A DNA stretch of 52,821 nucleotides from an uncultured Candidatus Marinamargulisbacteria bacterium (GCA_902558105.1 CACECR010000003.1:1-52821), one strand, 5' to 3'; shown: positions 31,971 through 42,747, counted from the stretch's first letter. Program-made: numbers and translations. Notes: generated by a model not told the origin, from the sequence alone.

Positions 31971-33017
31971 TTATTTTTTACCGTTATTTATTACTAATTC
32001 TACTGGATACCGAGCCAAACTAAGAACTTTCAGCATCTCATCTAAACTTAATCCTTCCATCTTAGCCAATTCAAGTAATAATGGATTATCAGTAGCTTTG
32101 GACACTTTAGTATTTAGATAATAAGTAGCTATTTTTAACACCATCCAATCCTTAGAAAACACATCACGATCCTCAGTTTTAAGAAGCATAGCTAACGATA
32201 ATTTTTCTTCAATAAATTGATTGCAAAATGTCTTGATTTGACATTTTTCTAATAACTGAATAAGCCCAGATACATTCATTATTCCTTTATTAGCCACTTT
32301 ACTATCAAAAAATGAATTAAAATCACCCTCTAAAAAACCCTTTGCTCCTAAAAGTTTTTTACATTCATCTGGTTTCACTTTCAAAATAGCTAATTCATGA
32401 CACTTGTCCCAAACCATTTTCAAATGCTCATCAGAAAGACGCTCTCCTAATGTCATCTCTATACGCTTAATAATCATCAAAACAAAAACACTGGCCTGTT
32501 TACCTTTATATTTTGAAAGCTTCGACACATACCCACGAATTGTTGAAGGCACATTAAAATGAGACAAATCGGTCAGGTTAGTTCCCATATCAAATACCAA
32601 TCGATGCTCGGGTTTTAAACTCAAAAAGAAAAAGTGAAAGCGTTGAAAATCTACTCCGTCTAATACTTGTTGGAGCTCATACATTTTAATATTAGCAACA
32701 TCAGATTGCTCAAGACCATGTATTTTACGATTAAATTCTTTAACTAACAGTACTCTCAAGTTTAATAAAAAAGACTCATAGCTATCAGGGGAAAGGTGTA
32801 TGGATAACTCCTGAAAACTACCAGACAATTCGGTCAAATAATTGCAAAATGTTGGAACCAAGTCTGGAGTTGAAAAATGAGGTCTAATAGAAGCCCACCC
32901 TTTACTAGCAAAAGCACTCAACCCCAATGCCTTAGATAAATCCTTTTTTCCTTTCTCAGAAAAAAAGGCCGCATCCATCACAGGATTACTTAAACAAACC
33001 GCAATTATTTTATACAT
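31971..33017 (-). CDS. Hypothetical protein, possible C-terminal SAM-like domain
   Basis: 348-aa orphan ORF; LIQLLEKCQIKTFCNQFIEEKLSLAMLL resembles the SAM helix pattern. Confidence 0.7.
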   Translation of the reverse strand: MYKIIAVCLSNPVMDAAFFSEKGKKDLSKALGLSAFASKGWASIRPHFSTPDLVPTFCNYLTELSGSFQELSIHLSPDSYESFLLNLRVLLVKEFNRKIHGLEQSDVANIKMYELQQVLDGVDFQRFHFFFLSLKPEHRLVFDMGTNLTDLSHFNVPSTIRGYVSKLSKYKGKQASVFVLMIIKRIEMTLGERLSDEHLKMVWDKCHELAILKVKPDECKKLLGAKGFLEGDFNSFFDSKVANKGIMNVSGLIQLLEKCQIKTFCNQFIEEKLSLAMLLKTEDRDVFSKDWMVLKIATYYLNTKVSKATDNPLLLELAKMEGLSLDEMLKVLSLARYPVELVINNGKK

Positions 33018-33028
33018 AACACATCCTA

Positions 33029-33037
33029 CCCCCCCCC
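33029..33037. repeat. C9/G9 homopolymer in the 5' leader
   Basis: Nine C at 33029-33037, 11 nt upstream of the ATG at 33017. Confidence 0.9.
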
Positions 33038-33126
33038 TAACTAAACACTATTAAAATTGATAACTCATACCCACTTTACGGCAGATAAAGCATAAATAAT
33101 ACAACTAGATAATTCATAAAAACTCC

Positions 33127-34401
33127 CTAATCTTTAGAAACCCTAACCTCAACAGCATTAAAATGAGCATCAAAGCCTTCCATTTCAGTTAAGACATGCA
33201 AATCAGTTTGTACCGCTTGTAATGACGCTTGAGAATACGATAACACCGACGAATACTTCATAAAATCCATAACACCTAGGGGAGATGCAAAACGAGCCGT
33301 TCCTTCAGTAGGTAGTACATGATTCGTACCCGCATAATAATCACCCAAGGTCACCGGCGTATAAGGCCCACAAAAAATAGATCCAGCATGCTTAACTTTA
33401 TCTAATATGGGTTGATACTCATCCATACATAATGATAAGTGTTCCGACGCAATATGATTAATATAATCAATCATTTCCTCATTGGATTCGGCTTGAACAA
33501 AACAGGCAAATTGAGTGGAGTGAGCTAAAACTTCTTGTCGTTTTAAACGTGTTAATTGGTCTTTAAAAGACGATTCAACTGCATCTAGTAACTCAGAAGA
33601 AGTAGCCACCACAACGGCATTGGCCAAAGGATCATGCTCAAGCTGAGCTAACATCTCTGCCGCTGCAAAAGGTGCATAGTCTACATTCTCAATAGCCACT
33701 AAGACTTCCGAAGGTCCCGCCGGTTTATCGATATCGACTTTTCCATAGACCATCTGTTTCGCTTGAGTAACATACACATTCCCAGGCCCCACAATTTTAT
33801 CCACTTTGGGAACTGACGTTGTCCCATCAGCAAGTGCAAACACAGCTTGCGCACCTCCCACTCGATAAATCTCAGTTAATCCACATAAATCAGCGGCCAC
33901 TAAAACCTGTGACGGAACGGAAGGCGGCGTCACCATTACAATTTGTGACACACCGGCTAACTGTGCTGGAATCGCATCCATTAATACGGTTGAGGGATAC
34001 GCGGCACGACCACCTGGAACATAAATTCCAGCCGATTCTAATGGTGTATATCGGTTACCATACCATACTCCATCTTGACTAGACTCCCAATTTTGAGGAA
34101 TTTGTTTGGAGTGAAACGTTCGAATATTTTCAATCGCTCGTTTTAAGGCCTCCACATAATGTGAAGACACATCTTGATAGGCTTCTTTTAGTTCTTCTGG
34201 TGTCACCTTAAGCGAAAAATGAGACTCTACACCATCAAATTGTTTAGCAAATTCCACTAAAGCATCATCACCTTTATCGCGTAATTCTTGACGAATAGTT
34301 GTCAAAGTACCACGCAAATCGGTGGTTTCACTTCCCATCAATGCCTGATGGTAGGACTCTTGCCAATCTAAAAACTCATTAAATGTTGTAATTCGCTTCA
34401 T
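33127..34401 (-). CDS. hisD: Histidinol dehydrogenase
   Basis: GIYVPGG.A.YPST, KIVGPGN, AGPSE, QLEHD, GDY.AGTNHVLPT; likely start MKRIT at 34401. Confidence 0.97.
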   Translation of the reverse strand: MKRITTFNEFLDWQESYHQALMGSETTDLRGTLTTIRQELRDKGDDALVEFAKQFDGVESHFSLKVTPEELKEAYQDVSSHYVEALKRAIENIRTFHSKQIPQNWESSQDGVWYGNRYTPLESAGIYVPGGRAAYPSTVLMDAIPAQLAGVSQIVMVTPPSVPSQVLVAADLCGLTEIYRVGGAQAVFALADGTTSVPKVDKIVGPGNVYVTQAKQMVYGKVDIDKPAGPSEVLVAIENVDYAPFAAAEMLAQLEHDPLANAVVVATSSELLDAVESSFKDQLTRLKRQEVLAHSTQFACFVQAESNEEMIDYINHIASEHLSLCMDEYQPILDKVKHAGSIFCGPYTPVTLGDYYAGTNHVLPTEGTARFASPLGVMDFMKYSSVLSYSQASLQAVQTDLHVLTEMEGFDAHFNAVEVRVSKD

Positions 34402-34411
34402 TATAGATCCA

Positions 34412-35752
34412 TTACTGTTCAATAACTTCAAATGATAGCCCTAATTCTTTTAAAATGTCAAAAAAATTAGGAAAAGACGTCGCAATACAATCACAATTCT
34501 CTACCGTCGCTTCAACACCAGCCGCCAACGCACCAATAATCGCAGACATGGCCATACGATGGTCACCTCCCGAATCATAATAAAACGGTTGAATGTCTTG
34601 ACCACCTTCAAGATCAAACCCATCGACATATTCTGTAATTGAACAGCCCATCGCTTCTATCAATCGAACGATAGAACTTATACGATCCGATTCTTTCACC
34701 CGAAGTTCTTCAGCATCACGAACCTTCATTGTCCCTTTCGCAGACAATCCAAGAATCGATAAAATTGGAATTTCATCAATAATATTTGGTATCACATCCC
34801 CACTTAATTGGGTATTAAAAAGCTCGGATGATTGAACCTCTACATTAATAGTTGGCTCCCATGTATCCGAGGCACGATTCTTACGAATGCGACCCCGCAT
34901 GCGAGTAATACAATCTAACGCTGCATTTCGAGTTTGATTATCACCAATTCCTGTCAATTCAACAAACGTTTTTTTAGCTAACACACTTAGTGCAATAAAA
35001 AATAACGCCGATGAAATATCACCAGGCACTCTTAATACTTGCTCTGGGTTAGGATTTTTGAGTGACTCCATATTTTGTAAAGTAACACGCTTGCCATAAC
35101 TATTAATAGCCGCCCCATAATACTGTAATAATCGTTCGGTATGATCTCTTGAATGTTCAGGTTCATCAATCGAGACATGATCGGTATATAAACCCGCTAA
35201 CAATACCGCCGATTTAACCTGAGCACTCGCCATTGGTAAAGCATAATCAATATCGTTTAATGAATCCACGGGTTGAATACGTAAAGGTGGAAAAATATCT
35301 TCAGAATCGGGACGAGACTGACCAGAAATACGCGCACCCATTCCAGTTAACGGATCAATAATACGCTTCATAGGCCGTCCCTGAATCGATATATCTCCTG
35401 AAATCACCGATTCAAACGACTGAGCCGCTAAAAGCCCAGTAAGTAATCGAATCGAAGTCCCAGAATTTCCTACATCTAATGTAATCCCGGTTCCAGGAGA
35501 CTGTAAGCCACGAAGACCCCGGCCTTCCACCACATACTGACCGTTCTCTTTTGTAATAGAGACACCTAATTGCTGCATAATTTTACAAGTATTTAAACAG
35601 TCTTCAGACTCTAAGATATGTGAAAATCGAGAGCTATTCTCACACAGTCCACCTAAAATAAACGCACGATGAGAAATCGATTTATCACCAGGAATTGAGG
35701 AAATACTAGTATTTAATGATACTTTTTGAGGAAAAATACGACAAATTAACAT
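34412..35752 (-). CDS. aroA: EPSP synthase
   Basis: PGDKSISHR, GNSGT, SAQVKSA, RDHTE, LRVKESDR, DHRMAM (class II pattern). Confidence 0.97.
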   Translation of the reverse strand: MLICRIFPQKVSLNTSISSIPGDKSISHRAFILGGLCENSSRFSHILESEDCLNTCKIMQQLGVSITKENGQYVVEGRGLRGLQSPGTGITLDVGNSGTSIRLLTGLLAAQSFESVISGDISIQGRPMKRIIDPLTGMGARISGQSRPDSEDIFPPLRIQPVDSLNDIDYALPMASAQVKSAVLLAGLYTDHVSIDEPEHSRDHTERLLQYYGAAINSYGKRVTLQNMESLKNPNPEQVLRVPGDISSALFFIALSVLAKKTFVELTGIGDNQTRNAALDCITRMRGRIRKNRASDTWEPTINVEVQSSELFNTQLSGDVIPNIIDEIPILSILGLSAKGTMKVRDAEELRVKESDRISSIVRLIEAMGCSITEYVDGFDLEGGQDIQPFYYDSGGDHRMAMSAIIGALAAGVEATVENCDCIATSFPNFFDILKELGLSFEVIEQ

Positions 35753-36067
35753 TTAAATAATGAACCCTTTCTTTTGAGAAAACCCTTCATCCCATTCACT
35801 CGAACCAGATTGTTTAGATTTCTTTTTCATATCATTTAAAAACGATTTCGACATATCAACATTCATCACTCGAACCGAATGCTCTTCTTGTGTCGGTAAG
35901 CCAATCTTACTAATCATGACATTAACCTGTTGTTCTTTTTGAGTAACTTTAGTGTTTAAAACTCCAATTAAATGTTTAGCCACACTGTTAAAATCTTTAA
36001 TGACAGGTAAAATCGAGTCGATTTCTTTTTTCGAGAGTTTCTTTTTTCGTTTAAATAAAGACAACAT
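35753..36067 (-). CDS. Hypothetical protein, 104 aa
   Basis: ORF tightly packed between the 220-aa gene and aroA. Confidence 0.7.
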   Translation of the reverse strand: MLSLFKRKKKLSKKEIDSILPVIKDFNSVAKHLIGVLNTKVTQKEQQVNVMISKIGLPTQEEHSVRVMNVDMSKSFLNDMKKKSKQSGSSEWDEGFSQKKGFII

Positions 36068-36082
36068 ACTACACGTCCAAAA

Positions 36083-36745
36083 CTATGATTGTGGCGAATC
36101 TGCTTGAGGATCAGTAAAAGAAATATGAGACGGGATATTTGAAGGGTTATTTGACGCCGATGACAATGAAGCGGGTGAAGACCCCATGGAAGAATTAGGC
36201 TCTGGCTCTTTTTTTACTGAACCGGATTTTAAACCATCCTCTTCCATTTTATCAAGCTGTTCTTTTAATCGTCGCTCTTTTTCTTCAAGTCCATTTAATC
36301 GTCCCCTTAAATTTTTAATTTGATTCATATTCGTAAAAAACTGATCTAATGCCGCTTGATCATCCGGGTCGTCTAAAACCGCACCATCCACCATTTCTTC
36401 AAGTGCAAGCAACATTTCCATTTTCTCTTCTAAGGATGATTTTTTACTTTTCTTTTTTAATTTTTTATCTTCTTCATCCGCGGCAACTGCAATTGCTTCA
36501 GCCGGAATATAATCGGAGCTAGTTTTTTGGGTTTGAGACTGTTGAGTTTGAGAAAGGTTTCCTTGTTGTTGACCCGCATCGGTTTGTTTAGTTCCGGATG
36601 TAGATTGTCCAGCCATCAACTCTTCCGTTAAATTCATCAAATCAGATTTTAAATCTGAAATCTGAGAATTCACTTCGCGAAGTTCAGCCGCCGCCGAATT
36701 CACTTGATTAATATTAGGACCCATCCCATTTATACCTAAACTCAT
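36083..36745 (-). CDS. Hypothetical coiled-coil protein with Q/S-rich disordered regions
   Basis: 220-aa ORF, SD AAGGA, upstream TGcTATAAT extended -10. Confidence 0.8.
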   Translation of the reverse strand: MSLGINGMGPNINQVNSAAAELREVNSQISDLKSDLMNLTEELMAGQSTSGTKQTDAGQQQGNLSQTQQSQTQKTSSDYIPAEAIAVAADEEDKKLKKKSKKSSLEEKMEMLLALEEMVDGAVLDDPDDQAALDQFFTNMNQIKNLRGRLNGLEEKERRLKEQLDKMEEDGLKSGSVKKEPEPNSSMGSSPASLSSASNNPSNIPSHISFTDPQADSPQS

Positions 36746-36808
36746 AATATCCTTAATTAATATTAGGCTTATTATAGCATAGAGAGGTAAAACTGAACAT
36801 TCAAAAGC

Positions 36809-37558
36809 TTACTGACTAATATACGAAATTAAAGCTGCTGTCACAGCTACGTTCAAAGACTCAACTGAATTAGATAACGGTATCGTACACGATCTCACAT
36901 TAGGCAAGGACCGACATCGTTCAGAGACACCCACTCCTTCTGAACCCAAGACAAATACGGTAGCCTCCTCTAAAACAATCTCAGACAACGTAACCCCACC
37001 TGATGCCTCCAATAAAATCCAAGATAAATCCCGCCAATTGTCATCCTCAAAAACATGTTCCGAATTCAGTAAAACCGGAACCCCAAAGCAGGCTCCCGCC
37101 GATCCACGAATTGTTTTTGGATGAAAAAAATCAGCACAGTCCGATGAACATAAAACTCCATCCATATTAAACGCGGCCGCCGATCGAAAAATCGCACCCA
37201 AATTAGACGGATCTCGGACTCCATCTAAATACAAATAACGGCCATTTGGAACTGGCTTGAGCATTGCAATATCAGGCCACCGTGCAACAATACAAACCCC
37301 AGAAGGAGAAGGCATCGTCGATAAGTCGTCCATTAAACCGTCAGACACAAGGTCTGATTTAAATGAGTAGAACACATCAGGAAGTTGTACCGACTCTTTA
37401 TAATAAATATGAGAAATCAAACTTGGATAGAACGTAAAAAATAAACTAGCCACTTTTAACGACTCCATCACAAATAACTGATGTTTTCGACGATAAACCG
37501 AACTAGATAATAATTGCCGGCACTGCGATAGTCCAGAATTATGCCGACTCGTGATCAT
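36809..37558 (-). CDS. TrmH/SpoU-family RNA methyltransferase
   Basis: DPSNLGAIFRSA, GSEG.G, ESLNVAV SPOUT motifs. Confidence 0.93.
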   Translation of the reverse strand: MITSRHNSGLSQCRQLLSSSVYRRKHQLFVMESLKVASLFFTFYPSLISHIYYKESVQLPDVFYSFKSDLVSDGLMDDLSTMPSPSGVCIVARWPDIAMLKPVPNGRYLYLDGVRDPSNLGAIFRSAAAFNMDGVLCSSDCADFFHPKTIRGSAGACFGVPVLLNSEHVFEDDNWRDLSWILLEASGGVTLSEIVLEEATVFVLGSEGVGVSERCRSLPNVRSCTIPLSNSVESLNVAVTAALISYISQ

Positions 37559-38034
37559 CTTTTGTTCAGTAACACAACGGCATGAACCGCCATTCCCTCT
37601 TCACGCCCCACAAATCCCATTAACTCTGAAGTAGTGGCTTTAACCGAAACATCTTCAAAAGAAATCGACAGTCGTTCGGAAATAGACCGTCGAATCGGAT
37701 CGATAAACGGCTTTAACTTCGGTTGCTCCGTAACGACTGTTGTATCAATATTCACAATCTCATAGTCTCGATTACGCATCAGACGGCACACTTCATCTAA
37801 TAAAAGCATACTATCCGAATCTTTAAACTGAGGACTGGTATCTGGAAAATGATCTCCTAAAGACCCTAAACACAAAGCCCCTAAGATAGCATCCATAATC
37901 GCATGAGTTAATACATCGGCATCCGAATGTCCCAATAAGCCTTTAGGAAAGGGAATGGTCACACCACCTAAAATTAATGGCCGATTATCTGCAAACTGAT
38001 GAACATCATACCCTTGTCCAATTCTAAAAGACAT
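37555..38034 (-). CDS. ispF: 2-C-methyl-D-erythritol 2,4-cyclodiphosphate synthase
   Basis: RIGQGYDVH, GHSDADV..HA..DA, VKATTSE.MGF.GR.EG. Confidence 0.97.
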   Translation of the reverse strand: MSFRIGQGYDVHQFADNRPLILGGVTIPFPKGLLGHSDADVLTHAIMDAILGALCLGSLGDHFPDTSPQFKDSDSMLLLDEVCRLMRNRDYEIVNIDTTVVTEQPKLKPFIDPIRRSISERLSISFEDVSVKATTSELMGFVGREEGMAVHAVVLLNKR

Positions 38035-38565
38035 TTAAAAGGCCCCTTCTGGTAATAAGGCAGTCAATGACGCACCAAATAAAATGACAAGTATAGTCAC
38101 TAAAAGTACAGATATTATAATAGGAGCTAATAAAATAATAATGGAACGTAAAATAGAGGTTTGATAATTGGATTGAATAAATATAACCGTAAGATAAGTA
38201 ACCCAAATATAAATCAAAACCTCAATAAGTCCTGAAAAAACCAAAAAATCAGCCCCTAAAACCAAGCTATTTACTGAAAGAACCATTGGAAACATCGCAA
38301 GTAAAATCGTATAAAACACACGTAAAAAATGACCATTCAAACTCATAAAACGAGCGGTCAAATGAAAAAAAGCACAATTAAATAGTGTTAATACCCCAAT
38401 AAACAAAAAAGCTAAAATTAAGACAGCAAAATCAAATCCAGTATCTAATGTTCCCACTAATGCAACTAAAAATAAAGACAAAATGGCCGGATTACGCAAT
38501 TCATCCGTAGAACTATTTAACACAACACTAGGTTTTGTTATTAAATTATAAAATAACGACATCAT
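38035..38565 (-). CDS. Yip1-like membrane protein
   Basis: About 5 TM helices, ITKP N-terminal motif; downstream of sppA. Confidence 0.6.
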   Translation of the reverse strand: MMSLFYNLITKPSVVLNSSTDELRNPAILSLFLVALVGTLDTGFDFAVLILAFLFIGVLTLFNCAFFHLTARFMSLNGHFLRVFYTILLAMFPMVLSVNSLVLGADFLVFSGLIEVLIYIWVTYLTVIFIQSNYQTSILRSIIILLAPIIISVLLVTILVILFGASLTALLPEGAF

Positions 38566-39476
38566 CTAACTAAAACTCCCTCATTAAATAAAAATGGACG
38601 AAAACTATTCGCAATAGACATTCTAAACGAACGAAATAATGACCGAAATGAGGCCTCTTGTAAATAGATAATAGTAGGAACGGACTCTAAATTTGCTAAA
38701 ATTTGAGCTTGAATAATCGCCGCATCTAATCCACCTAAAGAATCGATTAATCCTATCTCCTTAGCCTTTCGCCCCGTAAAAATTCGACCATCTGCTAACT
38801 GCTGGGCTTTTGCTTGAGTAAAGGACCGTTGCGTCATTAAAACTTCGATAAACTGTTGATGAACATCTTTCAAGTGAGTTCGAATCAACGCTTCTTCCTC
38901 TGGTGTTGACGATCGCCATGGATTTAAAATATCCTTCATTTTACCCGCTTTGTATGTTTTAAACGCCACACCATATTTCTCTTGGACTTGAGTAAAGTCT
39001 GGAACTTGTATAATCACACCTAAACTCCCCACCAAAGATCCTGGCTGAGCAACAATATGATCAGATGCTAAAGAAATCCAATAGGCACCTGACGCACCAG
39101 AATCTACAATGGACACCACAACGGGCTTAGCAGTTTCTTTTTTAAACTGCTGAATAGTTGAAAATAGCTCTTGAGACGAGCCTACAGAGCCCCCTGGACT
39201 ATTCACTCTCAAAATAACCGCTTTAACATCTTCACGATTAGCAGCTTGGGTCAGTTGATTTCGAACCCCATCAATACCAGACGTTTGAAAAAAATCGGGA
39301 GATTCTAACTGTATAGGTCCATAAATAGGGATTACAGCCACTAAATCTGAAGACGACTTAGACTGACGCTGAGTAGAAGAGGTATTAGAATTAAACTGTG
39401 CCAAAACTAATGATAAAACAAATAGCCCTATCAAAGATGCCATAATAATTCTTTCTCTTATACTCATAAACCTCAT
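38562..39476 (-). CDS. sppA: Signal peptide peptidase SppA (36K type, S49)
   Basis: RVNSPGGSV, ASGAY, GSLGV, KAG..KD, ADGR.FTG, GLID.LG. Confidence 0.95.
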   Translation of the reverse strand: MRFMSIRERIIMASLIGLFVLSLVLAQFNSNTSSTQRQSKSSSDLVAVIPIYGPIQLESPDFFQTSGIDGVRNQLTQAANREDVKAVILRVNSPGGSVGSSQELFSTIQQFKKETAKPVVVSIVDSGASGAYWISLASDHIVAQPGSLVGSLGVIIQVPDFTQVQEKYGVAFKTYKAGKMKDILNPWRSSTPEEEALIRTHLKDVHQQFIEVLMTQRSFTQAKAQQLADGRIFTGRKAKEIGLIDSLGGLDAAIIQAQILANLESVPTIIYLQEASFRSLFRSFRMSIANSFRPFLFNEGVLVR

Positions 39477-39574
39477 TAAAACCTATGACAACCATTAATG
39501 CAAGTTTAATTAAAGATATACCTAATTCTCTAAAAATTTGATATAGTTTGAATATTGGGACTAAGGAAAAGACA

Positions 39575-40405
39575 ATGAAAAAAATATTATTATTAACCAT
39601 TTGTACCACACAATTATTATTTGGAATTTCACCAGAAGAGTTCCCATACAAACAACAAATCAAGCTCAAAAACTCAACGGTGGCCGCATTTTTTCTAGAC
39701 CCACATGTTATTGAAACTCTTAACGCCGGTAAGAATAATTTAATTATAATTAATAAAGAAAGAAAAATTGTTCCTTACAAAATCATCAAGCAAAATAGTA
39801 CAAGCGAATATGAACTGAACCCAATACCCACACCAAAGGGTACCGACTCTTCAAAAAGCACTAAACTCTACCTTAAAAGCCCTAAACTTTACTTCAAAGA
39901 AATCATCCTAACAAAATCTGGAACCCTCCCACACAATACAAGACTGAATATCAACGGATACATGCAAAATATTAAAGACAAACGAACCGTAGCACGATCC
40001 ATGACACGAGTCCCCTCTACCAGCCAAACATTAATGATTCCGTTATTTAAAGAAACCTACTATCCATTTTACGAACTCGAAATAAAACCAGCAAAAGATA
40101 TTAGTATTGAACGCATTGTAGGAACGTACAAAAACCATCTCTTGCTTTTTAAAAGCAGCAAAGGCCCTCTCTATTTATATTATGGAAGTAATCATCAGTA
40201 TCCTGTAAGCAAAATTCATAATCAATCCCTTAATTTATCTCAAAAACCATCCATAATCAGCACGGAACCTTGGTCCGAAAACGCAAGCTACAATGACCCA
40301 AATAAACTCAAAAAGGCCTGGACCTATCCAAAGTTTATATTACTAATCGCTGTCATTGTTGGACTAATAGTCACACTACAATGGGTAAAGAAACGAAAGC
40401 AATAA
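39575..40405 (+). CDS. Exported hypothetical protein with C-terminal membrane anchor
   Basis: MKKILLL signal peptide, LYYG motif, C-terminal TM + KKRKQ; loosely DUF3999-like. Confidence 0.7.
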   Translation: MKKILLLTICTTQLLFGISPEEFPYKQQIKLKNSTVAAFFLDPHVIETLNAGKNNLIIINKERKIVPYKIIKQNSTSEYELNPIPTPKGTDSSKSTKLYLKSPKLYFKEIILTKSGTLPHNTRLNINGYMQNIKDKRTVARSMTRVPSTSQTLMIPLFKETYYPFYELEIKPAKDISIERIVGTYKNHLLLFKSSKGPLYLYYGSNHQYPVSKIHNQSLNLSQKPSIISTEPWSENASYNDPNKLKKAWTYPKFILLIAVIVGLIVTLQWVKKRKQ

Positions 40406-42685
40406 TTATACAGGGGTTCCCAACTTACTTAGATTAGTTTGATTCCAAGATTTCGATAAATCATCACAGTTAAATGACCACTCAACGTCAGGTCCAACAA
40501 CTGTAATGGTCGAAGTATCTGTAGTCTGACCAATAACTTCACAATAAACATCTTGAGACTCTGCATCTTCTAATGCTTTAGGAACATTAGCTGGATAAAT
40601 CGCGACAACATAGCCACCATTTTCAGAAAACAATGACGAAGCTACCGAAAAATCAAGAGGTAATTGTAATGACGCTCCAACTCTGTAGGAAGCTCGTTCT
40701 CCAAGCACCATTTCACATACGGACTGCCATAAACCACCCACACTAATATCGTGACAAGCTTCTACAAAGTCCTGCTCGTATAACGAACGAACAAAGCGGT
40801 TATGAGCAGCTTCTTCTGTTAAACGTACCTGAGGCGCCGCCTGATCTGTATTTATATCATCGCCAAATACCGTTGCTAATTGTGTGGCTCCAAATTCATT
40901 GTATCGTTTTCCTACTAAGAGAAGGGTTAAGCCAGAAGTAGACGCTTGCATGGTACGAGCAGTTTTAACATCGTCCACACGCCCAACACAGCAAATAACT
41001 GGTGACGGAACCACCGCGTTACTAGTTTTCGATTCATTGTAAAAACTAACATTACCAGAAATAATTGGAATATTTTCATCATGTAATGATAACGCTCGAG
41101 CCGCTTCTCCAATTCCACGGACACCTTCTTGAAAATCATAAAATACCGACGGTTGCTCGGGACTACCGTAATTCAAACAATCGGATATGGCCAGTGGAAC
41201 CGCACCTACCGCAATCACATTTCGAACCGACTCAGCAACAGCCGCGGCACCGGATACATAAGGATCCACATTACCATACAAATTACTATCCATAGAGACC
41301 GCTACTCCCGCCTGAGAACCCTCAACCGGAGTAATCACCACAGAGTCGGCTTCACCCGGATAAATAACGGTATTGCCACGAACGGCATTATCGTAATAAC
41401 GATAGACATATCGCTTAGACGTATTATTATGCATCGCAAGTTGTGTCTCACACTGTTGTTTAAGTTGATCTAAAGAAAGTGTCGGTACTTCCGATCCTTT
41501 AGCGACATAGCGATTAGGATCTGCCTGACGATCGGCATGAACATCTGTAGTAATTGCCTCAATAGGTAAATCACAGACCACATTATTTTGATGGGTAATC
41601 ACAAATCGTGATTCTTGTGTAACTTCACCAATCACAACCGCACCAGCTTTATAATATAATTCTGGAAGCGCAAATGTTTCATTAAATAAACGGAGAATTT
41701 CTTCACTCGCATGTTTGGGTACCACTAAACAAAAACGTTCTTGTGTTTCTGAACACGAAATCACTTCAGGAGCTAAGCCATCAACCGCCACATTCACATC
41801 ATCTAAATTTAAACGAACTCCTAATCCAGCCCCTACCCCAAGCTCAGATGTTGCACAAGAAATACCACCCGCGCCTAAATCTTTAAATCCAATCGCCCAA
41901 CCACGTTCTTTGACTAAGTCAATTAACGCTTGGATAGCATCGGCAATCACTCGCTTCAAAAACGGATCATGAACCTGAACAGCACCTAAATTTTTCATAT
42001 CATCATCTGAATCCAGTACATCACTTGAAAAACTCGCCCCACCAAAACCTGTTGAGTCAGTAGATTTTCCAAATAAAATCACATCATACGGTGTTGTCTT
42101 AGCCTCATCTGGTACGTAACTATGAATAATGTGATCTGCTTCAATTAAACCAAGAGCCGCCACATTCACTAAACAATTATCATTGTAAGACGAATGATAC
42201 AAAGTTTCACCACCCAATACGGGAACGCCTAATGCATTTCCATAATCGGAAACACCTTTTACAACACGCTCTGCAATTTCTTCGACAATTGGAACATTTC
42301 CATCTTGATTAATGCCAAAATGTAACGAATCTAAAACCCCAATCACATCGGCTCCCATGCAGTATACATCTCGAACCACACCACCAACACCCGTAGCCGC
42401 ACCTTCAACAGGCAAGACCTGTGACGGATGATTATGTGATTCATGGGATAAAACAATTCCGTATTTTTTACCATTATGATCGGTAAAATCAACGATACCA
42501 GAATCTTCTCCAACACCTAATAAGACATCCTTACCTTTGGTAGGTAAGGTTTTTAAAGTCGGCTTACTACTTTTGTACGAACAGTGTTCGGACCACATGG
42601 TATCAAAGACCACTTCTTCAACAGCGGACGGATCGCGTCCCAGTAAAGACTTAATTTGTTCTAAATCTGATTGTGATAATGTCAT
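40406..42685 (-). CDS. purL: Phosphoribosylformylglycinamidine synthase subunit PurL
   Basis: WSEHCSYK, ESHNHPS, GAATGVGG, DLGAGG, SETQER, SGNVSFYNE; likely start MTLSQ at 42685. Confidence 0.97.
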   Translation of the reverse strand: MTLSQSDLEQIKSLLGRDPSAVEEVVFDTMWSEHCSYKSSKPTLKTLPTKGKDVLLGVGEDSGIVDFTDHNGKKYGIVLSHESHNHPSQVLPVEGAATGVGGVVRDVYCMGADVIGVLDSLHFGINQDGNVPIVEEIAERVVKGVSDYGNALGVPVLGGETLYHSSYNDNCLVNVAALGLIEADHIIHSYVPDEAKTTPYDVILFGKSTDSTGFGGASFSSDVLDSDDDMKNLGAVQVHDPFLKRVIADAIQALIDLVKERGWAIGFKDLGAGGISCATSELGVGAGLGVRLNLDDVNVAVDGLAPEVISCSETQERFCLVVPKHASEEILRLFNETFALPELYYKAGAVVIGEVTQESRFVITHQNNVVCDLPIEAITTDVHADRQADPNRYVAKGSEVPTLSLDQLKQQCETQLAMHNNTSKRYVYRYYDNAVRGNTVIYPGEADSVVITPVEGSQAGVAVSMDSNLYGNVDPYVSGAAAVAESVRNVIAVGAVPLAISDCLNYGSPEQPSVFYDFQEGVRGIGEAARALSLHDENIPIISGNVSFYNESKTSNAVVPSPVICCVGRVDDVKTARTMQASTSGLTLLLVGKRYNEFGATQLATVFGDDINTDQAAPQVRLTEEAAHNRFVRSLYEQDFVEACHDISVGGLWQSVCEMVLGERASYRVGASLQLPLDFSVASSLFSENGGYVVAIYPANVPKALEDAESQDVYCEVIGQTTDTSTITVVGPDVEWSFNCDDLSKSWNQTNLSKLGTPV

Positions 42686-42747
42686 ACAAATATTTTTACA
42701 TACCAACGGCACTTAGTAAATACATTACGTAAGAAAGGCAAAAAAAG

